Shown here piece after piece: positions 26,789-36,357 of a DNA stretch of 64,000 nt. The position numbers and the translations under genes were made by a program. This DNA comes from an uncultured Peptostreptococcaceae bacterium (GTDB lineage: Bacteria > Bacillota > Clostridia > Peptostreptococcales > Acidaminobacteraceae). Positions within the stretch are counted from its first letter, which is position 1; each line of letters starts with the position of its first letter. The notes beneath the pieces are model-generated. The model was not told the DNA's origin, searched no databases, and worked only from the letters and a program-made list of their open reading frames with translations. The stretch lies in NCBI GenBank assembly GCA_964346475.1, contig CAYFUM010000002.1, positions 23,094 to 87,093 on the forward strand. Direction: 5' to 3'.

Positions 26789-29419
26789 CTAGTCTCTAGT
26801 CTTATAAATTAATTCCTCTATCTCCTCTATAACATCCTTCAATTTATCTAAATCCTTGGCTCCTGCAGTAGCAAAGTGATCCCTTCCTCCACCGCCGCCA
26901 CCAAGCATTTTAGCTATCTTAGAAATAGTCTTCCCTGCTTTATACCCCTTATTCCTAGCTTTATCACCAGAAGCTGCAACCATGGTTATTTTGCCATCCA
27001 GAGTTGAAAAAAGAAGCACAAAGGCCGACTGATCCTGGGATAGAATCTGATCAGAAAGAGTCTTTAAACCATCCATAGCCTGGTCCTCAAAGACCTTGAC
27101 ATATAGGTGGATGCCATCTACTAGACGTCGGTCTGATACCATATCCTTTATTATATCACTTCCAACTCTATCCTTCAATTGTCGTATTTCTTTTTCTAAA
27201 GCTTTCTTATCCTCCTGCAGTTGGTGGATTCTCTTTGGTAGATCTTCCACGCTACTTTTAAAGAGATCCGCACTTTCTAAAAGTAATCTCTCCTGCTTTT
27301 TAACATAGTCTAAAGCTTTATTTCCAGTTAAGGCCTCTATCCTTCTTATACCCGAGGCTATTCCCCGTTCACCAAGTAAGACGAAGAGGCCAATCTGGGA
27401 GAGGTGGTCCACGTGGGTACCTCCACAGAGTTCAACTGAACTCCCCATGGTGACGACCCTGACATGCTCATCATATTTTTCACTAAAGAGAGCTTTTGCG
27501 CCCTTTTTCTTAGCCTCTTCAAGCTCAGAGAAGCTCACATCGACACTGTGATCCCTGAGGATATTGCTATTAACTATGCTCTCTATCTTCTCTAGTTGCT
27601 CCTGGGTAAGGGGTTCAAAATAGTTAAAATCAAAGCGCAGCCTGTTTTCATCCACTAGAGAGCCAGCCTGCTGGACACCCTCTCCTAGGACGCTTATAAG
27701 GGCTTCGTGGAGTAGGTGGGTAGCACTGTGATTTCTAGCAGTAGAATCCCTTTGATCCCTATCTACTATCACCTCTATTAGGTCTCCCCTGCGTAGTTCC
27801 CCCCTTAGAGCATGAACCTGGTGTAGATAGAGTCCTTCATTTTTTTCCACGGTTTTTACATTTAGGAGGTTATGCTCACTTTCCATATACCCCCAGTCTC
27901 CTACCTGGCCTCCACCTGTGGCATAGAAGGTGGTCTTGTCCAGAATTACAAGACCTGATTCACCTGCATCCATGCTAGTCCTAAGTTCATTATCAACAAT
28001 AATCTCCAGGACCTGGGCATCTGTTTTAAGCTGACTATAACCTAAAAACTCAGTACTAGTTACCTTTGAAAGATATTTTTGGATATCATCTCGCCAGCCT
28101 ATGCCATCCTTATCCAGCTGGGCCCGAGAGGTTTCCCTCTGTCTTGCCATGTGTTCATCAAAGCCTAGGACGTCCACATCATAGCCCTCTTCTTCCAAAA
28201 TTTCCTGGGTTAAACTTAGAGGAAAGCCATAGGTGTCATATAATCTAAAAGCCCTCGCCCCATCCAGCTTTTTCTCACCCTCTTTTATCATTTCCTTGCT
28301 AATATCCTCTAAATAGAGCATACCCCTTCTCAGGGTCTGGTGAAACTTTTCCTCTTCAAGATCTATCATATGAAGGATTGTATCCTCTCTATTTTCAAGC
28401 TCTGGATATCCTTCCTTATAAACTTCTATGCTTTTTTTAGTCAGTCTATGAAGCTGCCTATCCTCTTGACCTAACAGATAGAGTTGCAGGCTAGCCCTCC
28501 TGATGAGTTTTCTAAGTACATAGCCCCTGCCCTCATTGCTGGGAACAACCCCATCGCTGACAAGAAACATCATACTCCTTACGTGGTCAGCAATTACTCG
28601 CATTCTCTGATTGGTCTGCTCATCGCTGGGATAGATCTTACCAGCTATTTCTCCAATTAGAAGAAGAAGCTCCTGCATAAGATCAATCTCATAGACAGAA
28701 TTCTTACCCTGCAAAACCATTGCTAGTCTTTCAAGACCCATGCCAGTATCGATGTTCTTGGTCTCCAGGAGGGCGTAGCTGCCATCTTCCTGTTTATCAA
28801 ATTGAGTAAAGACATGGTTCCAAACCTCAATATACTGATCACAATCACAGCCTGGCTTGTGGTCAGGGTCTCCACAACCATACTCCTCTCCCCTATCATA
28901 ATAGATCTCAGAACAGGGGCCACAGGGACCTAGGCCTATTTCCCAGAAGTTATGTTCCTTACCCAGTTTAACTATCCGCTCTTCAGGAAAATTAAGATGA
29001 TCTTTCCAAATGTAATAGGCCTCATCATCCTCTTCATAGACACTGGCCCAAAGTTTTTCCCTAGGTATATTCATTTTCTCTGTGAGAAATTCTAGCCCCC
29101 AGCTCAAACTCTCCTTTTTAAAATAATCACCAAAGGAGAAATTTCCTAGCATCTCAAAGAAGGTCAGGTGGCGAGCAGTTTTTCCAACCTCATCAATATC
29201 ACCTACTCGGACACACTTCTGACAGGTGGCCATTCTCTTATTGGGAGGTTCCGCTTGACCAGTAAAATACTTTTTTAAAGGCGCCATTCCAGCACCTACT
29301 AGCAAAATACTGGGGTCATCCTCTGGAATTAAACTATAGCTGTTTACAACCGTGTGATCCTTTGATTTGAAAAAATCAAGAAATTCCTTTCTAATCTCTG
29401 TGCTGGATTTTGCTTTCAT
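26789..29419 (-). CDS. alaS: alanine--tRNA ligase
   Basis: 876 aa with class II core FTNAGM-like [27 protein letters not shown], the editing-domain HSATHLLH and a C-terminal GGGGG. Confidence 0.97.
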   Translation of the reverse strand: MKAKSSTEIRKEFLDFFKSKDHTVVNSYSLIPEDDPSILLVGAGMAPLKKYFTGQAEPPNKRMATCQKCVRVGDIDEVGKTARHLTFFEMLGNFSFGDYFKKESLSWGLEFLTEKMNIPREKLWASVYEEDDEAYYIWKDHLNFPEERIVKLGKEHNFWEIGLGPCGPCSEIYYDRGEEYGCGDPDHKPGCDCDQYIEVWNHVFTQFDKQEDGSYALLETKNIDTGMGLERLAMVLQGKNSVYEIDLMQELLLLIGEIAGKIYPSDEQTNQRMRVIADHVRSMMFLVSDGVVPSNEGRGYVLRKLIRRASLQLYLLGQEDRQLHRLTKKSIEVYKEGYPELENREDTILHMIDLEEEKFHQTLRRGMLYLEDISKEMIKEGEKKLDGARAFRLYDTYGFPLSLTQEILEEEGYDVDVLGFDEHMARQRETSRAQLDKDGIGWRDDIQKYLSKVTSTEFLGYSQLKTDAQVLEIIVDNELRTSMDAGESGLVILDKTTFYATGGGQVGDWGYMESEHNLLNVKTVEKNEGLYLHQVHALRGELRRGDLIEVIVDRDQRDSTARNHSATHLLHEALISVLGEGVQQAGSLVDENRLRFDFNYFEPLTQEQLEKIESIVNSNILRDHSVDVSFSELEEAKKKGAKALFSEKYDEHVRVVTMGSSVELCGGTHVDHLSQIGLFVLLGERGIASGIRRIEALTGNKALDYVKKQERLLLESADLFKSSVEDLPKRIHQLQEDKKALEKEIRQLKDRVGSDIIKDMVSDRRLVDGIHLYVKVFEDQAMDGLKTLSDQILSQDQSAFVLLFSTLDGKITMVAASGDKARNKGYKAGKTISKIAKMLGGGGGGRDHFATAGAKDLDKLKDVIEEIEELIYKTRD

Positions 29420-29435
29420 CTTTTAATTTCCTCCT

Positions 29436-29614
29436 AAAAAAAAGAAGCCACTCAAAGGTAGGGACGCCTCGGCGCGGTACCACCCTACTTATCCCAAAAG
29501 GGATCACTCTGAGATGACTTTTTACTTGTTTTATTTCCTTTGATGAGAATTGGCGTGAATCTGCAGATTTCCACCCTGCTCTGCTCTCTATAAGACTCTA
29601 AATTCTCAGAAATT
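29436..29614 (-). promoter_or_regulatory. T-box leader (tRNA-Ala sensing) of alaS
   Basis: The minus strand contains stem-I elements (AGAGAG.., GGUGGAAA) and a candidate specifier GCC followed by A (29554-29552). It also has the canonical T-box sequence AAGUAGGGUGGUACCGCG (29490-29473) and a U8 run (29443-29436) just before the AGGAGG RBS. Confidence 0.85.
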
Positions 29615-29621
29615 TAGCCAT

Positions 29622-29650
29622 ATTATAACACGGAATCTCTTATTGTGCTA
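29622..29650 (-). promoter_or_regulatory. candidate promoter for the alaS T-box leader
   Basis: Extended -10 TGtTATAAT (29630-22), overlapping the mnmA stop. The -35 is weak (TAGCAC) at 17-nt spacing. Confidence 0.45.
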
Positions 29651-30684
29651 GTTTTTTTAATAATTCCCCCACCATAAATGTAATCCCCCTTATATAGGAC
29701 CAGGGACTGACCTGGGGTTGGTGCTCTTAGGGGTTCATCAAACTTTGCGTAAAGTAGATCTTCCTTGAGACGCTTTACCCTACAGCTATAAGCCTTTTGA
29801 GAATACCTAATCTTTCCCTTGAGTTCTACTTCTCCACCCTCCTTAAGATCTTCGTAGATAAAGTTTATATTATCTGCATAGACCTCATCAGTGAAAAGCT
29901 CGTCCTCGCTGCTTAATTGAACGGTTTTTGTACTAGCATCTATATCCTTTACATAGAGGGGGTGAGAGTAGCTAATTCCCAGGCCCCTTCTTTGACCAAT
30001 GGTGTAGGCCTCTATACCTTTATGGTCTCCTAAATCCCTATCCTGGTGTTTAAATCGTCCCACGCTAAGGTTTGTTTTAGTCTTTAAAAAATCCAGATGA
30101 TCTCCACTGGGAATAAAACATATATCCTGGCTATCCTTCTTCTCATAATTAGGAAGGTCTATTTCTTCACCAATCCTTCTTACCTCTTCCTTTGTCAGAT
30201 TAGCCAGAGGAAATAGAAGCCGTGATAGCTGGTCTTGTCTCAGCCTATAGAGCATATAGCTCTGGTCCTTGCTAGAATCCAGACCCTGCCTGAGAAGAAA
30301 CCTATCCCCTACTTCCAGCCTGCTGTAATGGCCAGTGGAGACATACTGGGCTCCCAGCCTATCGGCCTCATCTATTAGAAGTTTGAACTTTACAGTCTCA
30401 TTGCAGTTAACACAGGGATTTGGAGTCTCACCCCTTTTATAGGCCTCAATAAAGGGCCCTATAACCTTCTTTTCAAAATAATCCCTGGCCTCCAGGACTT
30501 TAAAGGGAATACCAAGATGTTGGCAGACCCTTCTGGCATCTTCTATACCCTCGACTGCATGTTCTTGTAAATAGAGATAGACCCCAAAAACCTCATAACC
30601 CTTGTCCAAAAGAAGATGAGCAGATACTGCCGAATCGACACCTCCGCTCACTCCTAAAACCACCCTAGTGTTCATGTTCTTCAT
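29623..30684 (-). CDS. mnmA: tRNA-specific 2-thiouridylase
   Basis: Has the PP-loop GVSGGVDSAV and conserved Cys blocks (NPCVNCNETVKF, DQSYML). The likely start is M at 30684 or 30675; the track ORF N-extension lies inside nifU. Confidence 0.9.
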   Translation of the reverse strand: MKNMNTRVVLGVSGGVDSAVSAHLLLDKGYEVFGVYLYLQEHAVEGIEDARRVCQHLGIPFKVLEARDYFEKKVIGPFIEAYKRGETPNPCVNCNETVKFKLLIDEADRLGAQYVSTGHYSRLEVGDRFLLRQGLDSSKDQSYMLYRLRQDQLSRLLFPLANLTKEEVRRIGEEIDLPNYEKKDSQDICFIPSGDHLDFLKTKTNLSVGRFKHQDRDLGDHKGIEAYTIGQRRGLGISYSHPLYVKDIDASTKTVQLSSEDELFTDEVYADNINFIYEDLKEGGEVELKGKIRYSQKAYSCRVKRLKEDLLYAKFDEPLRAPTPGQSLVLYKGDYIYGGGIIKKTSTIRDSVL

Positions 30685-31093
30685 CGGGGTCAAAACCATC
30701 CAGTTCTGGAAAATGCTTGTTATTTCTATTGGCATAGTCCAGTATAGCCGCCTTTAAGGCCTGCTCTGCCAGTACTGAACAGTGGACCTTAATTGTGGGT
30801 AGACCACCCAGTTCAGTTAAAACATCTTTATTGGTAATCTTTAGAGCATCCTTAATAGACTTACCCTTTATAAGTTCGGTTGCTATGGAAGAGGAAGCCA
30901 CAGCACTGCCACAGCCAAAGGTTTTAAACTTTATATCCTCTATTATTTCATCTTCATTTATTTTAAGGCTCATCCTCATGATGTCACCACAACGAATATT
31001 GCCAACCTCTCCAACTCCATCGGGGTTTTCAATTTCGCCTACATTGCGGGGGTTCATAAAATGATCCATCACCTTGTCATTGTACATAGCCAT
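30665..31093 (-). CDS. nifU: Fe-S cluster assembly scaffold protein (NifU/IscU type)
   Basis: 142 aa with the three scaffold cysteines in NIRCGD, FGCGSAVASSS and HCSVLA. Confidence 0.9.
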   Translation of the reverse strand: MAMYNDKVMDHFMNPRNVGEIENPDGVGEVGNIRCGDIMRMSLKINEDEIIEDIKFKTFGCGSAVASSSIATELIKGKSIKDALKITNKDVLTELGGLPTIKVHCSVLAEQALKAAILDYANRNNKHFPELDGFDPDEEHEH

Positions 31094-31094
31094 C

Positions 31095-32261
31095 TTATTT
31101 CCTCATTTCTTCTTCATAAAGTGGAGACATGTCCCTGAGCTTTTGGATAATAGGAGGAAGTTTTTCTATAACTATATCTATATCTTCCTCACTAGTACCA
31201 TCGCCAAGACTCATCCTAAGTGAACCATGGGCAATCTCATGGCTGAGGCCAATACCCATAAGTACGTGGGAGGGATCTAGACTGCCACTGGTACAGGCCG
31301 AACCAGAGCTAGCTGCTATACCAGCCATATCAAGCATAAGAAGAATACTCTCCCCCTCAATAAACTTAAAGGAAATATTGACATTGCCTGGCAGCCTCTT
31401 AGTTGGATGGCCGTTCAGCTTACTATGGGGGATTTTTTCCATAAGACCATTAATTAGTTTGTCTCTTAAAGTGCTTAACCTTTCTATATGGTTTTTCATA
31501 TCCTTTTGTGCAAGTTCACAGGCCTTGGCAAAGGCTATGATAGAAGGCAGGTTATCAGTTCCACCTCTATAGCCCTTCTCTTGGGCGCCGCCGTGAATAA
31601 AAGCGTAGGGCCGAATATTTTTCCTTATAAAAAGGCCCCCAACACCCTTGGGTCCGTATAACTTATGGGCAGAAAAACTCATCATGTCAATATTTGAATT
31701 AGAAAGATCTATTGGTACATTGCCCAGGGCCTGGACAGCATCAGTGTGAAAAAGAACCCCGTGTTTCCTAGCTACAGCACCGATTTCCTCTATGGGCATG
31801 ATTGTGCCAATCTCGTTGTTACCATAGAAAATAGAAATTAAAATTGTATCCTCTCTGATGGCTGCTTCCACCTGCTCTGGACTTACTAGTCCGTATTCAT
31901 CCACTGGTAAAAAGGTTACATCATAGCCTTCTTTTACAGCCTCTTCCATGGTGTGGAGGATCGCATGATGCTCTATAGCAGTTGTAATCATATGCCTACC
32001 CTTTCGGGTCTTTTTAGCAATATGTACAGCCCAGTTATCAGACTCGGTTCCCCCAGAGGTAAAGTATATCTCCCTAGGTTCTGCCCCTAGAAAGCCAGCT
32101 ATACTCGCCCTGGACCTGGCTAGATCTTCCTTCCCAGCCTGGCCATAGCTATGGGCGCTGGCAGCATTAGAATTATGGTTCTTTAAAGCATCAACTAGAA
32201 CTTCAAAGACCTCGGGTTTTAAGTAGGTAGTTGCAGAATTATCCAAATAGATTTTTTTCAT
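31095..32261 (-). CDS. nifS: cysteine desulfurase (NifS/IscS type)
   Basis: 388 aa with the PLP-lysine block SFSAHKLYGPKG and active-site loop SSGSACTSG. Confidence 0.9.
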   Translation of the reverse strand: MKKIYLDNSATTYLKPEVFEVLVDALKNHNSNAASAHSYGQAGKEDLARSRASIAGFLGAEPREIYFTSGGTESDNWAVHIAKKTRKGRHMITTAIEHHAILHTMEEAVKEGYDVTFLPVDEYGLVSPEQVEAAIREDTILISIFYGNNEIGTIMPIEEIGAVARKHGVLFHTDAVQALGNVPIDLSNSNIDMMSFSAHKLYGPKGVGGLFIRKNIRPYAFIHGGAQEKGYRGGTDNLPSIIAFAKACELAQKDMKNHIERLSTLRDKLINGLMEKIPHSKLNGHPTKRLPGNVNISFKFIEGESILLMLDMAGIAASSGSACTSGSLDPSHVLMGIGLSHEIAHGSLRMSLGDGTSEEDIDIVIEKLPPIIQKLRDMSPLYEEEMRK

Positions 32262-32677
32262 ATTCCTAAGTCCTTATCCACAAGATCCTTCAGATTTGTG
32301 TTATTTATTAATTCCGTTACATCATTCTCTATCCTATTCCATAGGGGCCGGGTGAGGCAGTTCTCAGGATCCTCACAGACATCAGAACATTTTTTTCCTT
32401 GACAACCAGTTGAAACAATCTGACCCTCCAAAACAGCTAGGATTTCTCCTGCTGTTATAGAAGAAGCCTCTCGGGATAAAAAATATCCACCCTTAGCACC
32501 TCTGGTGCTTTCTACGAGTCCACTGGATTTTAAGTCCCTAAAAATTTGTTCTAAATAGCGCTGGGAGAGTTTTAGATTTTTTGCAATTTGTGATAGGGCC
32601 ATTGGCTCTTTATCCTCTTTTGCTGCTAACTCACACATAGCCGCAAGTCCGTAGCGCCCCTTGGTAGTAAGATTCAT
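32258..32677 (-). CDS. Rrf2-family transcriptional regulator (IscR/CymR-like)
   Basis: 139 aa with an N-terminal wHTH (TKGRYGLAAMCELA..LSQIAKNLKLSQRYLEQIF) and a C-rich segment (CQGKKCSDVCEDPENC). It is the first gene of the nifS-nifU-mnmA unit. Confidence 0.85.
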   Translation of the reverse strand: MNLTTKGRYGLAAMCELAAKEDKEPMALSQIAKNLKLSQRYLEQIFRDLKSSGLVESTRGAKGGYFLSREASSITAGEILAVLEGQIVSTGCQGKKCSDVCEDPENCLTRPLWNRIENDVTELINNTNLKDLVDKDLGI

Positions 32678-32707
32678 TTTGATCTCCTAGTAATTTAGTG
32701 TAGTTAA

Positions 32708-32736
32708 AGTATAATCTTGCCCAAGGGTCAAGTCAA
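32708..32736 (-). promoter_or_regulatory. promoter of the Rrf2-nifS-nifU-mnmA operon with operator-like near-palindrome in the spacer
   Basis: On the minus strand: TTGACT (32736-31), a 17-nt spacer, then TATACT (32713-08). The spacer contains the near-palindrome CTTGACCCTTGGGCAAG (32716-32732). Confidence 0.55.
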
Positions 32737-32793
32737 GCCTATTAAATTATTGTTTAACAAAGTATAAAAATCCAAAATAATTTTCTAGATAGT

Positions 32794-32822
32794 TTTATAC
32801 GTCTATTAAAAGATGTTATAAT
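32794..32822 (+). promoter_or_regulatory. candidate ilvE promoter
   Basis: TTTATA (32794-99), a 17-nt spacer ending in TGt, then TATAAT (32817-22), 22 nt before the ATG. A weak CodY-box-like AATTTTCTAGATAGT lies at 32779-32793, matching 10 of 15 positions of my remembered consensus. Confidence 0.45.
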
Positions 32823-32844
32823 TGCCAAAAGAAAGGATAAAATT

Positions 32845-33858
32845 ATGAAAAATCTAGATTGGAATAACCTGGGCTTTTCCTTTAGGGAAACCAATGCCAT
32901 GTTTGTCGCACACTATAGGGATGGAAGCTGGGATGAGGGTAAACTCGTAAATGATAATCACTTAAATATAAGTGCAGCCTCAGCAGCCCTCCACTATGGC
33001 CAGCAGTGCTTTGAAGGAATGAAGGCCTATAGGGCCAAGGATGGTAGAATCCTACTTTTTAGACCGGAAGAAAATGCAAAAAGAATGCAGGAGTCAGCAA
33101 AGAGACTGCTTATGGCTGAGGTGCCCCTGGACCTCTTTGTTAAGGCGGTTAACGATACTGTCCTAGCCAACGAGGAGTACATACCACCCTATGGAAGTGG
33201 TGGAACCCTGTATATAAGACCCTTTTTAATTGGCGTAGGCCACAATATAGGAATCGGACCTGCTCCTGAATACATCTTTTGTATCTTTGTCACCCCTGTT
33301 GGAGCCTATTTCAAGGGGGGACTCAAACCCGTTGACTTTGTCACCACCAGCTATGATAGAGCAGCCCCTCAAGGAACTGGAAGGGCCAAGGTGGGTGGAA
33401 ACTATGCTGCCAGTCTCCTTCCAAACAAACTGGCCAAGGAGGGCGGATATGCAGATGCAATATATCTAGACCCTGCTACCCACACAAAAATTGAAGAGGT
33501 TGGAGCGGCCAATTTCTATGGTATTACAGCTAAGGGTGAATTTATAACCCCTGTATCACCCTCAATTCTTGGAAGTATAACCAAATACTCCCTGCTGCAA
33601 ATAGCTAGGGATTTGGGACTAGAGGCCAAGGAGGAAGATGTTTACATTGACCAGTTAGATAAATTTACCGAGGCTGGTGCCTGTGGCACAGCAGCAGTAA
33701 TCTCTCCCATTGGTTCAATCACCCATCAGGGTGAAAAGCATGTTTTCTACAGCGAAGGTGAAGTTGGCCCTATTACAAAAAAACTCTATGATAGACTTAC
33801 AGGGATTCAGTTCGGTGATCTTGAGGATGAGCACAACTGGGTCTACCAGGTAAAATAA
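32845..33858 (+). CDS. ilvE: branched-chain amino acid aminotransferase
   Basis: 337 aa, fold-type IV aminotransferase (QQCFEGMKAYR, GTLYIRPF, GGNYAASL, ACGTAAV). It is the only plus-strand gene. Confidence 0.9.
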   Translation: MKNLDWNNLGFSFRETNAMFVAHYRDGSWDEGKLVNDNHLNISAASAALHYGQQCFEGMKAYRAKDGRILLFRPEENAKRMQESAKRLLMAEVPLDLFVKAVNDTVLANEEYIPPYGSGGTLYIRPFLIGVGHNIGIGPAPEYIFCIFVTPVGAYFKGGLKPVDFVTTSYDRAAPQGTGRAKVGGNYAASLLPNKLAKEGGYADAIYLDPATHTKIEEVGAANFYGITAKGEFITPVSPSILGSITKYSLLQIARDLGLEAKEEDVYIDQLDKFTEAGACGTAAVISPIGSITHQGEKHVFYSEGEVGPITKKLYDRLTGIQFGDLEDEHNWVYQVK

Positions 33859-33895
33859 AAAAAGGATTAGGAGCCCAGCTCCTAATCTTTTTTAT
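33856..33895. terminator. bidirectional intrinsic terminator shared by ilvE and the convergent cob operon
   Basis: A7-AGGATTAGGAGC-cca-GCTCCTAATCT-T6 forms a perfect 11-12 bp stem flanked by A and T runs, so it reads as a terminator on both strands. It overlaps the last codons of the minus-strand gene. Confidence 0.9.
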
Positions 33896-34610
33896 ATAGC
33901 CTTCCTACTATATTTACAGGAAGACCCAGCTCAGAAAGTTCTTCCCTATATCGGGCCCTTGCACTGCAAAGTACTACAGTACTAGGTCCTGCAGATTTTG
34001 TAAGTAGATCACCTTCAATCAGAAATTCAATATCTAAGCCATGGCTTCTAGCCATATCTAAAGCTTCCTGGCCAATTCCCCTGCTACCTACAGGAAGGAT
34101 ATCACCAACAAAGGGGAGCTCTCTAAGAAGCTTTAGGTGGTAAAGGGTCATAATCTCCCCCCTATCCTCCAGGACTTCTCTTCCAACCTTAGGCAGGCCA
34201 AGGGCGAAGACATAATCATTTTCCAGGGCCCTGGGAAAGCTAAAGCTCCCATCAACTAGAGCCAGGACTGTAATCCCAGCCCCAGTTTCCAGGGTTGGGA
34301 TGTTTTCTTCTGTGCTGCCATTTATAGCTAGAGGATCAAGACCTGCTTTTGCCATTATCTCTTTGACTCCCTGGATAATTTCCTCCCCTGTTGTTTCCAT
34401 CTCATTGGCTATGGGAAGAAAAACATAACTTGGTTTTGCACCTATTGCTAGGATCTCAAAAAAGGGCACCTGGGCAAGAAACCTTCCCAGGCTCTCGTTG
34501 TCGATTTTTATTGTATCACCTTTTTTGGACCCAATACCACCACTGCTATCACAGGCAAAAATCAGCTTTTTCTCGCCAATGTCAAGTATGGTAAGATCAC
34601 GATATCTCAT
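33882..34610 (-). CDS. cblS: PurM/AIR-synthase-related small kinase-like protein; candidate alpha-ribazole kinase (CblS-like)
   Basis: 242 aa with FACDSSGGIGSKKGD and AINGSTEEN segments reminiscent of the PurM/ThiL/HypE superfamily. It is the last gene of a cobU-cobS-cobC-transporter operon. The call rests mainly on context. Confidence 0.5.
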   Translation of the reverse strand: MRYRDLTILDIGEKKLIFACDSSGGIGSKKGDTIKIDNESLGRFLAQVPFFEILAIGAKPSYVFLPIANEMETTGEEIIQGVKEIMAKAGLDPLAINGSTEENIPTLETGAGITVLALVDGSFSFPRALENDYVFALGLPKVGREVLEDRGEIMTLYHLKLLRELPFVGDILPVGSRGIGQEALDMARSHGLDIEFLIEGDLLTKSAGPSTVVLCSARARYREELSELGLPVNIVGRLYKKD

Positions 34611-35085
34611 TTAAGACTCCTCCTAGACTCTTGAAAAGTATCAGCGCAGGGAATAAATTAAAGGCTGTACCAAGAAATAGAGGAAAAATCATTAGAGGCA
34701 GAAGAAAAAGGGCACTAGGTACAAGACCCATTGCATAACTTAAAAGTGAGCTTAAAAATAGTGCCAGCAGCCAGTTTACTAAGAAGGCCAATGCAATGGC
34801 AAGAAAAGGTCTTTTTTGATAGTAGTAGCCCAATAGGTAGCAAGCAAGAAACATCATTGCCATAAGTAGAAGATGGGTCGGTAAACCCAGGGGAAAACCA
34901 TGGACAAGGGCTGTTAAAAAATGCCCTACACCACCAACAAGGCCTCCTGCAAGGGCTCCAAGAGCCAGGGCTGCAAAAAATCCAGGCAGGGAATCCAAGG
35001 CTATACTCATAAAAATAGTTATGTAGCTTCCCACCGCACTGAGTGCAATTAAAAGAGCTATTATTGTCATTTTTTTTGTCTTCAT
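34597..35085 (-). CDS. cblT: small polytopic membrane protein, ECF S-component-like; candidate alpha-ribazole transporter (CblT-like)
   Basis: About 162 aa from MKTKKMTIIALLIA (ATG 35085), with five to six hydrophobic helices and no soluble domain. It lies between cobC and the CblS-like gene. Confidence 0.45.
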   Translation of the reverse strand: MKTKKMTIIALLIALSAVGSYITIFMSIALDSLPGFFAALALGALAGGLVGGVGHFLTALVHGFPLGLPTHLLLMAMMFLACYLLGYYYQKRPFLAIALAFLVNWLLALFLSSLLSYAMGLVPSALFLLPLMIFPLFLGTAFNLFPALILFKSLGGVLNEIS

Positions 35086-35089
35086 AATC

Positions 35090-35650
35090 CTATAAATTCT
35101 CCAAAGAAAGAAGCCTCCATGGCTCACTTCTTAAATGTATTCTGGCGCCACTACCTAAGTAGAAGCGACTTAAATCTCTATAGCTATAGTTTAAAATTTC
35201 AGCCATGAGGCTAAACATCAAGGCTTGGTGGCTTATAATAAGTGATGATTCACTTATACTCTGGTAAAAACTCCTAGCTCTACTTCTCACCTCTAAAAAA
35301 TCTTCACCTCCAGGATATTTAAAGGACCAGGCATCTTCCATCCACTTGGCAACCTCATTGGGAAAAAGCTCTTCTATTTCTTTAAAGGTTCTTCCTTGAA
35401 ATTCGCCGAAATCGATTTCCCTTAACCTTTCATCTACTTCCAAAGGAAGTCCCAGGCGGGATGACAAGGAATGTGCCAGAATAAGACTTCGTGGATAGGG
35501 TGAGCTGTAAATTTTCTTAACGGGATATTTTTTTTCAAGCAAATACTCCATCTGCTCTAGTCCCTTTTTACTAAGGGGGGTATCGGGTCTTGAAAAAACA
35601 CCCTTCCTATTGTCTCTACTAAGAGTATGTCTAAGTAATACTATATCCAT
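35090..35650 (-). CDS. cobC: histidine-phosphatase family protein, alpha-ribazole-5'-phosphate phosphatase
   Basis: 186 aa with the N-terminal catalytic motif IVLLRHTLS (RH[G/T]) and a cob-operon context. Confidence 0.7.
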   Translation of the reverse strand: MDIVLLRHTLSRDNRKGVFSRPDTPLSKKGLEQMEYLLEKKYPVKKIYSSPYPRSLILAHSLSSRLGLPLEVDERLREIDFGEFQGRTFKEIEELFPNEVAKWMEDAWSFKYPGGEDFLEVRSRARSFYQSISESSLIISHQALMFSLMAEILNYSYRDLSRFYLGSGARIHLRSEPWRLLSLENL

Positions 35651-36357
35651 GCTTCCACCATTAAATAAAAAATAATAAAAACCAGTTGACTGCTTTCTAT
35701 TACAAAACCCACAGTATCTCCCGTCATACCTCCAAGATAACTTTTAAATCTTTGGCCCACTAGAAAGCTGTATAGCATACTTACAAGACTTGATATGAGA
35801 CCCCTAAGCCCAAGTAAATAAATGGATAAAAATAAAAGTACAACTAGCCAGCCATAAATATGACAGGATCTGATACTCTCAACAAAGAGTTTTCCCATCC
35901 CCTCTTTCCTAGCATACTTGTTCTTATAGGCAGATAAGAGGCCGCCAAAGCGGCCGAGGGCTGGTAGTATTATAAGGGCCTGGGTAAGGTAGGGAAAGAA
36001 GCTAAAGTAGCCTAAAAGGAGTATAAAAAGCCCCAGGATTCCAAAACTACCCAGTAGAGGGTCCGTCATTATCTCAAGGGCTCTACTAGGACCTCTCCTA
36101 GCAAGAATTCCATCCAAGCTATCGGCGTAGCCGTCCATATGAAGGCCACCCGTAAGTAGTATATATAAAAGTAAAAGTATAAAAGCCCTAATTTTAACTG
36201 GAATAAAAAGAAAGGCCAGATAGAGAAGACTACCTAGGATAAGGCCTATAAAGGGTATAAAGACTATTCCTTTCCTGTAAATCTTTTCCTCCCAGATATG
36301 ATTTTTACTATAGAAGGTGGTAAAAAGTCCAAGTTGAGTTAAAAAAGCTCTGATCAT
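35641..36357 (-). CDS. cobS: adenosylcobinamide-GDP ribazoletransferase (cobalamin 5'-phosphate synthase)
   Basis: 238-aa polytopic membrane protein with the MDGYADSLDG motif typical of CobS. Confidence 0.85.
   Translation of the reverse strand: MIRAFLTQLGLFTTFYSKNHIWEEKIYRKGIVFIPFIGLILGSLLYLAFLFIPVKIRAFILLLLYILLTGGLHMDGYADSLDGILARRGPSRALEIMTDPLLGSFGILGLFILLLGYFSFFPYLTQALIILPALGRFGGLLSAYKNKYARKEGMGKLFVESIRSCHIYGWLVVLLFLSIYLLGLRGLISSLVSMLYSFLVGQRFKSYLGGMTGDTVGFVIESSQLVFIIFYLMVEAWI

Noticed and set aside
32708-32715. Plus-strand TATAAT at 32710-32715, considered as a second ilvE promoter giving a 130-nt leader.
   Set aside because: It has no acceptable -35 at 16-18 nt upstream on the plus strand. 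The same bases form the -10 (TATACT) of a much better minus-strand promoter.
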